From contig CAXXWQ010000002.1 in the NCBI GenBank assembly GCA_963674945.2, positions 96,001-160,000 on the forward strand: a stretch of 64,000 nt of DNA, in the 5' to 3' direction. Below, one piece after another: positions 33,839 to 44,281 of the stretch (the first letter of the stretch is position 1; every line of letters begins with the position of its first letter). The position numbers were made by a program, and so were the translations under genes. Below the pieces are notes generated by a model. It made no database searches, was not told the DNA's origin, and saw only the letters and a program-made list of their open reading frames with translations. The DNA comes from an uncultured Desulfosarcina sp. Its GTDB lineage: Bacteria; Desulfobacterota; Desulfobacteria; Desulfobacterales; Desulfosarcinaceae.

Positions 33839-36139
33839 ATGACAGCAAACGGGAAAAATCGTGCCGGCTCATCGGATAACAACTTGTTGCCCCATATTTC
33901 CGACGATCGACTGCCTGCCGATGATATCAGGAAGACACTTTTCGAGTGGCAGGAGACCGAAGAGGTCGAACTGCGGGATTATCTCGACGTCATCGTCCGC
34001 AGGAAATGGCTGATCCTGACCGTTCTTACCCTCGTCTTCCTCTCCACGCTGATCTTTACCCTCACCGCCATCCGGATTTACGAGGCATCGGCGGTCGTGG
34101 AGGTCAGCCAGGAAACGCCCCACGTGACCACTTTTCAGGAGGTCCTGGGATCGGAGGTCCAGGCGCGCGAATTTTATGAGACCCAGGTGGAACTGCTCAG
34201 CAGCAAGGCGATGATCAACCGGGTCATCGAGAATCTCGACCTGATTGACCACCCGGTCATCCGAAAGATGGTTTTCCGGGAAGTCGACCTCGGATGGACC
34301 CAAAAAGTGAAGCAGAAAATGAAATCGGTGGTCGGCCGCCTGTTGGATCGTCAGGTCAAACCGGATACGGTTGAAGAGATTGCCAGGCGCCAGCATGTCG
34401 TCGCTTATATTCAGGAGAACCTGACCGTCACGCCCAGCCGCAAGTCCATGCTGATTCACGTCGTATTTCGTTCGCCGGACAGGGAGTTGTCGCAATCGGT
34501 GGTCAACACCCTGGTCGAAGACTTCATCAGTTGGAAGATGGAACTTAAGGTCGAAGCCTCGGGGATTGCGCGGGATTTTCTTACCATGCAAATGGACCGG
34601 GCGAAGATCAATCTGGAAAGCGCCGAAGAGCGCCTCAATGCCTTTGCCAAGCACGCCGGCATCGTCTCCCTGGATGCGCGGCTCAACAGCATCTACCGAC
34701 ATCTCGAGGAGTTGAATTCGGCCTATGCCCAGGCCGAGGCGGACATGATCACCAAACAGGCGGCCTACGAGCAGGCCCTGAAAGACGGCAACGCCAACCT
34801 TCCCCGGGTGCTGGAAAACAACCTGATCGCAAGCCTGAAGGACAAGTATGCCCGGCTGGCCTCCGAGTACGAAGATCTCAAGGAGGCCTTCCACGACGAA
34901 TATCCCAAGGTGAAGGCGATCAAAGCGCGCATGGATAGCATCGCGGCGCTCATCGAAGAGCAGGAGTACGGCGTCTTTTTGTCCATCGCCAACGAATACG
35001 AATCGTCAAAAAAGATCGTCATGGCGTTGGAAAAACGGATCGAACGCCAAAAAGACCTTGTCCTGGATCTGAACGACCGGACTACCCAGTATTCGATCAT
35101 GGCCCGGGAGGTGGAGACCAACGAGGAGATCTACCAGAGCCTTTTGCAGCGCGCCAAGGAGATCGAATCCATGGCCGGCGTCTCCTCCAGTAACATCCAG
35201 ATCGTAAATCGAGCGGATTTGCCTCTGAAACCCGTCAAACCCAACGTGAAACTCAACCTGTTTCTATCCATCGTCATCGGCCTCCTCGGCGGCATCGCCA
35301 CGGCGTTTCTGGCCGAATATTTCGCCGACACGGTGACCCACCCCAATGAGATTCCGGACCGTTTCCAAATTCCGCTTCTGGGGACGATTCCCCAGACCAA
35401 ACCCGACGCCCAAGGCCTGGAAAACGCCTTTTTGCGTCATCCCCGGTCCACATTCTCGGAGGCCATCCGTTCCACCCGGGTTTCGGTGCAGTTGTCCGGC
35501 GCCGGCACCCGATCCAAGTGCTTTCTCATCACCAGCACGTTGCCCAGTGAAGGGAAAACCACATTGGCTGTGAATCTGGCGCTTAGTTTTGCCGCCGCAG
35601 GGGAAAAGACCGTACTTATCGATGTGGATCTACGAAAGCCAAGGCTTCATGAGGTGTTCAACCTGAAAGAACGGGTCAACGGTAACGGCGTCTCCAGTTT
35701 TCTGGCCGGTGTTACCGATCGACTCAAGGTTTACAACCGACACGGCGAACAAATGGGTGTCATTCCGTCGGGCCCCATTCCTCCCAATCCGGCGGAGCTG
35801 CTTGCTTCCCGGCGTTTCAACTGTCTTTTGGGAGAACTGATGGCCCGGTACGACCGGATCATCCTGGACGGTCCGCCCCACATTGGATTTGCCGACACCC
35901 TGATTCTATCGAAAAGCGTGGGCGGCATCGTTCTGGTCAGTAGTATCGGTGAATCGAACCGGGAATCCATCGGCCAGTTCAAAAAGACGATCTCCAACGT
36001 CAATGGAACGATATTGGGCTGTGTGGTCAACAAGGTGGATTTCAATCGCAAGTACGGTTACGGCGGATACTATCGATACTATAAATCCTATTCCGAATAC
36101 GGTAAGGAAAATGAGACTCCCAGGTTGACGGATGCGTAA
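33839..36139 (+). CDS. wzc: Polysaccharide co-polymerase / tyrosine autokinase (Wzc/GumC)
   Basis: Wzz N-terminus, ITSTLPSEGKT Walker A, DVDLRKP, C-terminal Tyr cluster YGYGGYYRYY. Confidence 0.95.
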   Translation: MTANGKNRAGSSDNNLLPHISDDRLPADDIRKTLFEWQETEEVELRDYLDVIVRRKWLILTVLTLVFLSTLIFTLTAIRIYEASAVVEVSQETPHVTTFQEVLGSEVQAREFYETQVELLSSKAMINRVIENLDLIDHPVIRKMVFREVDLGWTQKVKQKMKSVVGRLLDRQVKPDTVEEIARRQHVVAYIQENLTVTPSRKSMLIHVVFRSPDRELSQSVVNTLVEDFISWKMELKVEASGIARDFLTMQMDRAKINLESAEERLNAFAKHAGIVSLDARLNSIYRHLEELNSAYAQAEADMITKQAAYEQALKDGNANLPRVLENNLIASLKDKYARLASEYEDLKEAFHDEYPKVKAIKARMDSIAALIEEQEYGVFLSIANEYESSKKIVMALEKRIERQKDLVLDLNDRTTQYSIMAREVETNEEIYQSLLQRAKEIESMAGVSSSNIQIVNRADLPLKPVKPNVKLNLFLSIVIGLLGGIATAFLAEYFADTVTHPNEIPDRFQIPLLGTIPQTKPDAQGLENAFLRHPRSTFSEAIRSTRVSVQLSGAGTRSKCFLITSTLPSEGKTTLAVNLALSFAAAGEKTVLIDVDLRKPRLHEVFNLKERVNGNGVSSFLAGVTDRLKVYNRHGEQMGVIPSGPIPPNPAELLASRRFNCLLGELMARYDRIILDGPPHIGFADTLILSKSVGGIVLVSSIGESNRESIGQFKKTISNVNGTILGCVVNKVDFNRKYGYGGYYRYYKSYSEYGKENETPRLTDA

Positions 36140-36291
36140 GAAAATTCGATTGTCGCCGACCCGGGTGTATTGTCCCATTCCCTTGATTTCCTTAGTTGTT
36201 GCGTATAAGGTAGGATACCGAATACAATTCGGTACCCGATGAACCGTTTCAAATATGAAATGACAGATCAACATAACGGCAGGAGGTTCAT

Positions 36292-37071
36292 ATGATGGGC
36301 TTGTTTCGAAGCAAGCGGATCGAGATCAGGTTGGTCGCCTTCGTACTGACCTTTCTGATGGTTGGCCAAGGCACCATCGCCCTGGCGGGTTCGGGAAGAA
36401 TCTATCCCCAACAAAAGGTGACCTTGTTTAGGGGAGAAAACGTCGTCGGCGTTTACACCAAGGAGGCGCCGCTTCCCCAGGGGACGGTCATGGTTGCGGA
36501 CGGACGATGTGCCATACGGCTCGAAGACTGGTACCTCGTTGCAGAAGACAAGAGTGTTTTTTCCATCGACACGTCCGGCAAGCAGCGGAATCTATTCGTG
36601 GAAAAGGGAACAATCTATTTCAAAACCGCCGGGTTCAAAACCGCCGGGATGAACGGATCATTTGCCTTTATTACCTCCCATGGTCAAATGGACATCCAAC
36701 GAATTCTGCTGAACGCCGCCCATGCCGATCAAACGATCAAGGGATATCTGTCCGCCAACAAGGACCAAAGCGAGTTGGGTGTCGCCGAAGGGGGAACGAT
36801 GGAGGTCCTCACGGACAAGGGCGTCATGACGGTGCAATCCGGAAACAAGATCATCCTGGCACAGGCGGACATGGATATCGGACTGCCCGAGGAAGAGCCG
36901 ACGGCATCCAAGGAGCCTGCGAAGGCCGAGAAAAAAGGGTGGTCGAGAACGACGAAAAACATCGCCATCGCGACGCTTGGCGTGGGCGCGGCGGCGGGTA
37001 TCGCCATCGGGCTTAGCGGCGGTGGCGGCGACGATGGCGGCGGTGGAAGCGTGAGTCCGTCCAGCCCCTGA
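36292..37071 (+). CDS. Exported hypothetical protein with C-terminal hydrophobic / Gly-rich tail
   Basis: AGGAGG RBS; signal peptide; beta-rich core; tail IAIATLGVGAAAGIAIGLSGGGGDDGGGGSVSPSSP. Confidence 0.75.
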   Translation: MMGLFRSKRIEIRLVAFVLTFLMVGQGTIALAGSGRIYPQQKVTLFRGENVVGVYTKEAPLPQGTVMVADGRCAIRLEDWYLVAEDKSVFSIDTSGKQRNLFVEKGTIYFKTAGFKTAGMNGSFAFITSHGQMDIQRILLNAAHADQTIKGYLSANKDQSELGVAEGGTMEVLTDKGVMTVQSGNKIILAQADMDIGLPEEEPTASKEPAKAEKKGWSRTTKNIAIATLGVGAAAGIAIGLSGGGGDDGGGGSVSPSSP

Positions 37072-37078
37072 TCAGGAG

Positions 37079-38131
37079 ATGCAAGCGGTGATTCGTACCG
37101 TCAAGAAAGTGGGGAACAAACCAACCGGTCGCGGCAGGGGGAATGTGGCACTCTTTTTGGCCCTGGCATGGCTCATTCTGCTGCTCGGCGCTTGTACCGC
37201 TTCCAACCACGGAACCGATATGGAACCGGTTGAACGCCACACAGCCGGATTTTCGTTGCAAGACGATGAAATCCGTAAAATGAACCAGATGATTCTCGAC
37301 CAGGCATCCATGAACAACTCGCCGGGCGACTATCTTCTGGGGGAGGGGGACTTGCTGCGTGTCAGCATATTCGAAGCCGAAGAACTGAACACGACGGTTC
37401 GGGTCAACTCCCGTGGATGGGTTACCCTGCCGCTGATCGATACGGTGGACGTCAAGGGCCTCACTGCCATCGAGGCGGAGGAAAAGATCGAACACCTCTA
37501 CAGTCAGCGATATATCAAGAATCCACACGTCAGCATTTTCGTCGAAGAACACATCAGCCAGCGCATTACCCTTGTTGGTGAATTCAATAATCCGGGTACA
37601 TACGATTACCCTGTGAGACAGCGATTGCTCGATGTCATCGCGTTGGGTGGCGGCCTGAGTGAAAAAGCCGGACAGATCATACAGATTCGCAAATCCAAAA
37701 AAGCAGATGGCCAGCCCGAGGTTTTGATGGTCGATTTGGATCGATTGATCATCGAGGGGAATTACGACATCAATATCCAAATAGATGGGGGTGACGTCGT
37801 TTACATCCCCGAGGCGGGCGTCTTTTTCGTTAACGGTGCGGTAAAACTGCCGGGTGCATATCCAATCAAACATCGAACGGTCATTCAAGAAGCGCTGGTG
37901 GAAGCCGGCGGCGTCGAGCCATGGGCGGACAAAAACAAGGTCCAGCTCGTGAGAATGGGGAAAGACGGAACACGAAAGATCATCGACGTTGATCTGAATC
38001 AACCGGAATCTCAGGAAATGCCGTTGCAGGATCGCGACATTATCATGGTTGAAGCAAGCGGTGCCTCCCGCTACATGAGAGGCTTCGGTTTTACGATTCT
38101 CGGGACGGGTTTTACGTATTGGGGAAGATGA
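37079..38131 (+). CDS. wza: Polysaccharide export lipoprotein (Wza) with SLBB domains
   Basis: Lipobox LGAC, YLLGEGDLL, VTLPLI...GLT, YIKNPHV. Confidence 0.88.
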   Translation: MQAVIRTVKKVGNKPTGRGRGNVALFLALAWLILLLGACTASNHGTDMEPVERHTAGFSLQDDEIRKMNQMILDQASMNNSPGDYLLGEGDLLRVSIFEAEELNTTVRVNSRGWVTLPLIDTVDVKGLTAIEAEEKIEHLYSQRYIKNPHVSIFVEEHISQRITLVGEFNNPGTYDYPVRQRLLDVIALGGGLSEKAGQIIQIRKSKKADGQPEVLMVDLDRLIIEGNYDINIQIDGGDVVYIPEAGVFFVNGAVKLPGAYPIKHRTVIQEALVEAGGVEPWADKNKVQLVRMGKDGTRKIIDVDLNQPESQEMPLQDRDIIMVEASGASRYMRGFGFTILGTGFTYWGR

Positions 38132-38221
38132 TTGTCCTGATTCAATAATCCTGGCCAACGGCCGATAGAGAATAAAAATTCGATGCCTCCGGGCGTCTTT
38201 GTAAGAGGTAATGAATCACAA

Positions 38222-40591
38222 ATGTATCTGAACCATTATGGATTAACCAAAAAGCCCTTTGATTTGAGCCTGAGACCCGGTTTTTTGTGGTTGGGCGAGG
38301 AGCATGCGGAAGCACTGGCCACCTTGAATTACGGTATTCAGGAAGACATGGGGTTCTTGCTGCTCACCGGCGATGTGGGGGTGGGCAAAACCGTCTTGAT
38401 TCGTCGATTGATCGCCAATCTGACATCATCCACCGCCGTCGCCCATATTACCGATCCGGATCTGGCGCCCATGGATTTTTTCAAAATCGTGGCTTCGGAA
38501 TTTGGAATAGACGCACAATTTTCCAAAAAGGCGGATTTTTTAATCGCATTTAAAACATTTCTCCAGCAGGCGCACAAAGAACAAAAGAAGGTGCTGCTGA
38601 TCATCGACGAGGCACAGCGATTAAATAACGATATGTTGGATCAAATCCGGGTTTTCTCGAACATCGAGCGGGGAGACCGCAAGTTGATCAACATCTTCTT
38701 TGTCGGCCAGCCCGAATTCAAAGATATGCTCTTGACCGACAGAAACCGGGCACTTCGCCAACGCATTGCGGTCAACTATCACATCAACCCGCTGACGGAA
38801 GCCGAGGTCGGTCAGTATATTCAACACCGACTGAAACGGGCGGGCAGCACGAAAGAAATATTCGAAGACGACGCGTTCCATGAGATTTTCGCCTTCACGG
38901 GCGGCTTTCCCCGCGCCATCAACATCATCTGCGACCATGCGCTGATGACGGGGTACTCTTACGGTCTGAATTCAATCAATGAGGGTGTCATCAAAGAGTG
39001 CACAAATGAGCTGCGCATCCGGGAGGAAAGAAAACCCGTCGAGGCATTATCGCAGACACCGGTAGCGGTGAGGCTGCCGGAGACGATGGCACCGCCGCCC
39101 GAGAAAAAGCCGCTCTTTTCCCCTCGTACATATCCGCTGCTCATCGGTATTTGTGCCCTACTGTCCGTGATTTTAATCATTCTTCTGATGCGGCCGGACT
39201 CTAGCGAGACAACCCAGATTGTCTCTACCGACGAGTCACGAGATGTATCAAGCATGAATTCAGGGCAGCCTGTGGACGACGACAGGCTTCACTCTTTCTC
39301 CAAAGATCCTGTGCCGCCCCTTGCCAATGACGAGTGGCGCCAAGAGGAGAAGATGAAAATTGAACGTGCCCTGACAACACAAAAAGAGACAGGGGGACCG
39401 GTTCGACCTGAGGCCGGAACCCAACATGAAGCAAATAACAGTGCCGTTGGTGACGAGGACATTTCGGGAAAAAGCGACCCCTTGTTGGCCATGCGCCCGT
39501 TGCCGTCTCCACCCGAAACCGAAATCCGGACCAGCCCAAGGGTTTTGGATGAACGAACCACCGGCGTTGGCCAGCCGTCTTCGGACAATAGCGTCGATAC
39601 ATCAGCGGCGAAGAAAGAGGCGGTCGCTTCGAGCCCGACACACACCTCGGCAAGCCTTGCGAACGAAAAAGGCAAGTCCGAAGAACCGGTTGTCATTCCC
39701 CAAAAGTCCCTGGAGGCCATGGCCGTCATGTCCGCCGCATTGGCAACCAAAGAGGAAGCAACGGGCAAATCCGTAACCAAAACATCACCATTGGTGGGCA
39801 ACCGTCCTGCCGTTTCAAGTTCCAGCACCTCCGGGACGTCATCGAAAGCAACCTCGACAAAGAAGCTTCAACCTGAACCGTCACAGTCCAAAAAGAGCGA
39901 CACAGCCGTCGTAACAGCGCCCACTTCCAAACCCGCCAAGAAGACCGCGACGAAGAGCACAACCAATACTGCCGGCAGCATAGTGGCTGGCGGCGTGGCG
40001 GCATCGACCGTCGTCTCCAAGGCCCAACCCAAGACCGTCGCCATTGCACCTTCCACAAGGACGACGCGGACAACCGCCACGACGGTGAATCGAGCCGCCC
40101 CATCTCCGGCTTCCCCAAAGGAGACGAGTGCAAGCCCGACGTCGCCGACGACCACCGGCAGCCGGACGTCCGTGCAAACCGCGGGAAACACAGGAGGATC
40201 GGATGATAAACCGAACCTGGTGGCCGGACTGGATAATCGCCTTCGTTGGTTCTTGAAAAGCTACTGCATTACTTACGCCCGAAAAGACCTGGACGCTTTC
40301 ACCAAGTTCTTCGTTCCCGGTGCCCTGGAAAACGGAAAATCCTTCGCAAGCCTCATACCGAAATATAAGAGAAACTTTGAGTTGATCGAAACCATCCAAT
40401 ACCGCATCGACATGCAGAATTTCATCTATGACGAGGCCAGCGGGACCATTACGGTGGATGGTAACTTTTCCCTTCAGTGGCTGCCGCCCGACCGAAAATG
40501 GCGGGAAAACTCCGGCACGATATCCATGGTGCTCATCGAGAAAGACACTTCATTTATGGTGCAGCGTCTGGACTACCATGGGAATGGGTAG
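38222..40591 (+). CDS. ExeA-family AAA ATPase with TM segment, low-complexity stalk and C-terminal globular domain
   Basis: MYLNHYGLTKKPF, TGDVGVGKT, IIDEAQRL, GFPRAINIICD. Confidence 0.88.
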   Translation: MYLNHYGLTKKPFDLSLRPGFLWLGEEHAEALATLNYGIQEDMGFLLLTGDVGVGKTVLIRRLIANLTSSTAVAHITDPDLAPMDFFKIVASEFGIDAQFSKKADFLIAFKTFLQQAHKEQKKVLLIIDEAQRLNNDMLDQIRVFSNIERGDRKLINIFFVGQPEFKDMLLTDRNRALRQRIAVNYHINPLTEAEVGQYIQHRLKRAGSTKEIFEDDAFHEIFAFTGGFPRAINIICDHALMTGYSYGLNSINEGVIKECTNELRIREERKPVEALSQTPVAVRLPETMAPPPEKKPLFSPRTYPLLIGICALLSVILIILLMRPDSSETTQIVSTDESRDVSSMNSGQPVDDDRLHSFSKDPVPPLANDEWRQEEKMKIERALTTQKETGGPVRPEAGTQHEANNSAVGDEDISGKSDPLLAMRPLPSPPETEIRTSPRVLDERTTGVGQPSSDNSVDTSAAKKEAVASSPTHTSASLANEKGKSEEPVVIPQKSLEAMAVMSAALATKEEATGKSVTKTSPLVGNRPAVSSSSTSGTSSKATSTKKLQPEPSQSKKSDTAVVTAPTSKPAKKTATKSTTNTAGSIVAGGVAASTVVSKAQPKTVAIAPSTRTTRTTATTVNRAAPSPASPKETSASPTSPTTTGSRTSVQTAGNTGGSDDKPNLVAGLDNRLRWFLKSYCITYARKDLDAFTKFFVPGALENGKSFASLIPKYKRNFELIETIQYRIDMQNFIYDEASGTITVDGNFSLQWLPPDRKWRENSGTISMVLIEKDTSFMVQRLDYHGNG

Positions 40592-41720
40592 ATTTTTCAT
40601 ATAAACAAAAAAGCTCTTCGGTTGAGAGAAACTCTCTTTTCCGTGCAGCTTCGGCCCGAACCGCACAAAGAAGCCTTTCGGCCTTCTCGTCGTCCAGCGT
40701 GATACCGGCTTTTTTCATGATGTACCGGATCATCGTCGAGCCGCTGTGCCGACCCACAACCAGCTTGACGTCCCGTCGTCCCAGGATTTCGGGGGAAAAG
40801 GGCTGGTAGGTGTCGGGATTTTTCAGCAGCGCCGCACAATGAATTCCCGACTCGTGGGAGAAAACCGCATCGCCCGTGATGGGCCTGTCTTTGGGGATGG
40901 GCCGGTTGGTGGCTTTGGCCACGAAACGGCAGATTCCCATGAGTGCTCTGGGATCGACGGCGACACTTCTGTGGTTCAGGGTGTCTGCGGCCATCACCAC
41001 CTGTTCCAAAGGCGCGTTGCCGGCCCGTTCGCCGATCCCATTCACCGTCACGCTTACGGCGGATATGCCCGTCTCCATGGCGGCGACGGTATTGGCCGTT
41101 GCCATGCCCAGGTCGTTGTGTCCATGGAATTCCAATTGCATGGACCTTGCAAGGGGCATCAATTTTTTTGCCATCTGGGTCACCTGAGATGGTCTGGCCA
41201 TCCCGACCGTGTCGGCGATACGCAGTCGATGAACCCCAAGGGCCGCTGCGGCCTGAACAAAGGCACGGAGAAATTCCGGATCTGCACGAAAGGCATCCTG
41301 GGCGCCGACGTAGACATGTCGGAATTTTTCCATGGCACGGGGAACGGTGGCCCATAGGCGGGACAGTACCCAGTCCGGAGTTTTTCCCATGGCCTGCAGA
41401 AGGATCGGCGAAACCGGGAAGCTGATGTGAACCCCCTCGGTACCGCATTCGGCGGCCCGCTCGATATCCGATTTTACGGCACGACACCAACTGATCAGCA
41501 GACACCGCAATGACAATGCAACAAGCCTTTTAATCTCCTGGCAGACGGATGTGCCCATGGCAGGGATCCCCACCTCCAACTCAGTGACGCCGGCCTTGTC
41601 GAGCATCTGTGCGATGACGATCTTCTCCTGAATGTCGAAGGCGACACCGGGGGCCTGCTCTCCGTCTCGCAAGGTGGTATCGACGATATGAACAAGAGAC
41701 TTGACGGTGTTTGTGGGCAT
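40554..41720 (-). CDS. nifV: Homocitrate synthase NifV
   Basis: DTTLRDGEQAPG, HGHNDLGMATAN, GERAGNA, HESGIH; AGGAG before ATG 41720; nif context. Confidence 0.92.
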   Translation of the reverse strand: MPTNTVKSLVHIVDTTLRDGEQAPGVAFDIQEKIVIAQMLDKAGVTELEVGIPAMGTSVCQEIKRLVALSLRCLLISWCRAVKSDIERAAECGTEGVHISFPVSPILLQAMGKTPDWVLSRLWATVPRAMEKFRHVYVGAQDAFRADPEFLRAFVQAAAALGVHRLRIADTVGMARPSQVTQMAKKLMPLARSMQLEFHGHNDLGMATANTVAAMETGISAVSVTVNGIGERAGNAPLEQVVMAADTLNHRSVAVDPRALMGICRFVAKATNRPIPKDRPITGDAVFSHESGIHCAALLKNPDTYQPFSPEILGRRDVKLVVGRHSGSTMIRYIMKKAGITLDDEKAERLLCAVRAEAARKREFLSTEELFCLYEKSTHSHGSPDAAP

Positions 41721-41730
41721 GGGTTCACTC

Positions 41731-42183
41731 CTATTCAATTTTTCGCAGGCAGATCATCCTCGTTTTCCTCCATCCCCGATTCCAGTAGAAATCCAGCGCC
41801 GGCTGATTTGTGCGATCCGCCAGAAGGTACAGGCGGGTGGCACCGTGCTGCCGTGCCCATGCATCGACGGCGGACAAAAGGGCCGTGCCCACACCCCTGC
41901 CCCGGCAGCTTTCGGCCACCACCAGATCCTCCACGAGGGCGGAAAATGCACCTTCCGCCGTGGATACCACCAACTGGGCCGTACACATGCCCACCACCTC
42001 ATTTTCCTCCTGGGCGACTTTGACACAACGGTGTTTGCCGCAACCATCCAACAGCAGTCTGAGCCCTCGCCGTTGGTGCGTTTCGTCCATGATGAAATCC
42101 GTTTCAATGGCAAAAAGCGCGTGGAGAAGTTCTATCATGGTATCCACGTCCTGGTGTCGTCCGTTACGAATCTCAAGGGACAC
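41731..42183 (-). CDS. GNAT family N-acetyltransferase
   Basis: VEDLVV...RGRGVGTALL and ALDFY motifs. Confidence 0.88.
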   Translation of the reverse strand: MSLEIRNGRHQDVDTMIELLHALFAIETDFIMDETHQRRGLRLLLDGCGKHRCVKVAQEENEVVGMCTAQLVVSTAEGAFSALVEDLVVAESCRGRGVGTALLSAVDAWARQHGATRLYLLADRTNQPALDFYWNRGWRKTRMICLRKIE

Positions 42184-42598
42184 GGCCGAAACCGCTTTCC
42201 GGCTCGGGCAGATGCGACATTGTAAAGTCGGCTACCTGCTGTCCGACATCGAGGATTCGTAATACTTCCTCATCTTTCGGGCCTTCCCGACGGACAGGGG
42301 TCAGGGCGCACATGTTGTCGATTTGTTCGATAGCCCGAATTTGCCCCGCCAGTTCTTCCTCCATGGGGCAAATCGTGGCCAGCCCTTCCACGAGGCCGGA
42401 TAGAGTATGATCCATGGGAAGCTGGTGATAGAATTGAGATAAGCCAACAATGAGCTTCTCGATGGCCATGGCCGTCAATTGAAAGATCAGTTCATTATTG
42501 AATACGGATGGGCGGGAAGTCCCGTTTCTGGCCGTCTTCAGGTATTTGCTGCCCGCCAGAATGTGTTCCCGCCAGCCGGTGTCGGATAACAGTTCCAT
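42173..42598 (-). CDS. Hypothetical protein, HEPN-like
   Basis: AAGGA RBS; AMAIEKLIVG...PMDHTLSGL resembles the HEPN A.EK...H.L pattern; overlaps the GNAT start. Confidence 0.7.
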   Translation of the reverse strand: MELLSDTGWREHILAGSKYLKTARNGTSRPSVFNNELIFQLTAMAIEKLIVGLSQFYHQLPMDHTLSGLVEGLATICPMEEELAGQIRAIEQIDNMCALTPVRREGPKDEEVLRILDVGQQVADFTMSHLPEPESGFGRVP

Positions 42599-42744
42599 TT
42601 TTTCAATCCTTTCTCATTTGCCACGGACGCACACGGACTTACACAGACGGATTTTCTGCAGTCTGCGGCTGGTAAATTCAATGCCATAAGTTCAATAACT
42701 GTTTGTTATGGCTGAAAGATTGAAATTCGGATACAGCCTCTTTC

Positions 42745-42888
42745 GTGTCCGTCCAGAAATGGTAGATCATGGCGCAGGCCAAGGCCGCAGCGACGTCGAA
42801 ACCGGAGGCGTAGCAGCGCTACGTTGAGGATTTCGGCGGAGCGGAGAACGCCGGCATGGGCCATGAGATGCCGTTTCTGGATGGACAC
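42745..42888 (-). repeat. MITE-like palindromic element family M, copy B (full length)
   Basis: TIRs GTGTCCGTCCAGAAA / TTTCTGGATGGACAC; abuts the ferredoxin stop codon. Confidence 0.85.
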
Positions 42889-43193
42889 TAGTTAATCAAA
42901 CGCTCTTCCACCACCTCCCCATCCTCCAAAGCATCCAAGATCTGGTCGACGATCTCTTCACTCTCCACATTGCCGTACCAATGCCCCATGGGGTAAATAA
43001 CCATTACCGGTCCGTAATCACAGGCCTTCATGCATCCAGTCGCTGTGACCTGTGCATCCAGGCCACGATCGAGAAGTTCGTTTTCGATGTAGGGAAGCAG
43101 ATCGGTCGATCCCTTTTTATGGCAGACGCCCTTTGGATCACCATCGGCTCGAAAACTGGCACAGACAAAGATGTGATGTTCGGGTTTATCCAT
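42888..43193 (-). CDS. Thioredoxin-like [2Fe-2S] ferredoxin
   Basis: HIFVC...C...TGCMKACDYGPVMVIYP; GGAGG before ATG 43193. Confidence 0.9.
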   Translation of the reverse strand: MDKPEHHIFVCASFRADGDPKGVCHKKGSTDLLPYIENELLDRGLDAQVTATGCMKACDYGPVMVIYPMGHWYGNVESEEIVDQILDALEDGEVVEERLIN

Positions 43194-43329
43194 TTTTTCC
43201 TCCATTTCAATATGTGAGCGTATACAAGTTGGTTTGATGTTTCCGATTCACTTCTGACAATCGCCCTACATTTATTTTTTATCTCCCATATGGTGCGTTC
43301 GGGTAGGTCGCTTTTGTACCTTCACCCCA

Positions 43330-43461
43330 CATCCTGTCTGTGGCAGGCCACTTTTGGTTCCAGACAGGGCCGCAGGCCTTTCGCGACCGCAGGCGTAGCT
43401 TTATACTACGTTGAGGAGCGCGAAAGGACGAGAACGCCGGCTGGAGCTTACGGACAGGATG
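43330..43461 (-). repeat. Family M-related element, copy D (same core, different termini)
   Basis: Core ACCGCAGGCGTAG...CTACGTTGAGGA...GAGAACGCCGGC shared with copy B; own IR CATCCTGTC / GACAGGATG. Confidence 0.7.
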
Positions 43462-44281
43462 GGTAGCTTAACCGCAGTCCATCCCATTTCCCCCGCACCC
43501 ACTCCCACATGCGGTGACCGTCCGTTTGGTCATGTGGCCCATGGATTCGCCGGCAAATACTGCGCGCACGGCCTCATCGATCAATCCTTCGATCTCCAGC
43601 ACCTCGATCCCCGCAGCCGAGAGCGCCTTTTTCGGATTGTCTCCCACGCCGCTGACCAAAAGGGTGCTGCAGTCCGAGAAGGTCTGGGCCATCTCTTCCC
43701 AGCGCTTCATCCCACTGCCCTTGGCCGGGGTGACCCGTGCCTCCAGCAATTGGACACGGCCTTCCTTTTCTCCATACACGAGCAGTTTTTGTGCTTCACC
43801 CAGATGCTGGTTCACCAGAACACCCTCCATACTGGCCACGGCAATGCATGGACGCGGTGAAACCCGACCCAGCCTCGGCTTTTTCACTTCCAGTCGACGA
43901 CAGGCGGTGAGGGTATCGGCCAACTGTGCATCGGGTTCTTCTCCCAGCAAACCCACAGCGTCTGCCCGGCAGCGCGTGCAATGCCTCATCTGTTTGACGT
44001 GAACGGCTGCGGTGGCCCGGATCGTATCGACCGTTTCCTTATCCGGTTCGGAAAGATGCTCGAAATCGCTGCCGGCGTTGGGGTAGTATGGCATTGCGTT
44101 GAACAGATCCACGCCAAGGGCCGCCATTTTTTCAGCCACGGTTTCGATGTGATGTTCGTTGATACCGGGCAGGATGATGCTGTTCACCTTTACGATCATG
44201 GTGTGTTTTCGGCAAGCGTGCATGAAATCCGCTGAGAGATGGGATATTATCGGTTGACCCCAATAATAAGGAGGCCCGCCG

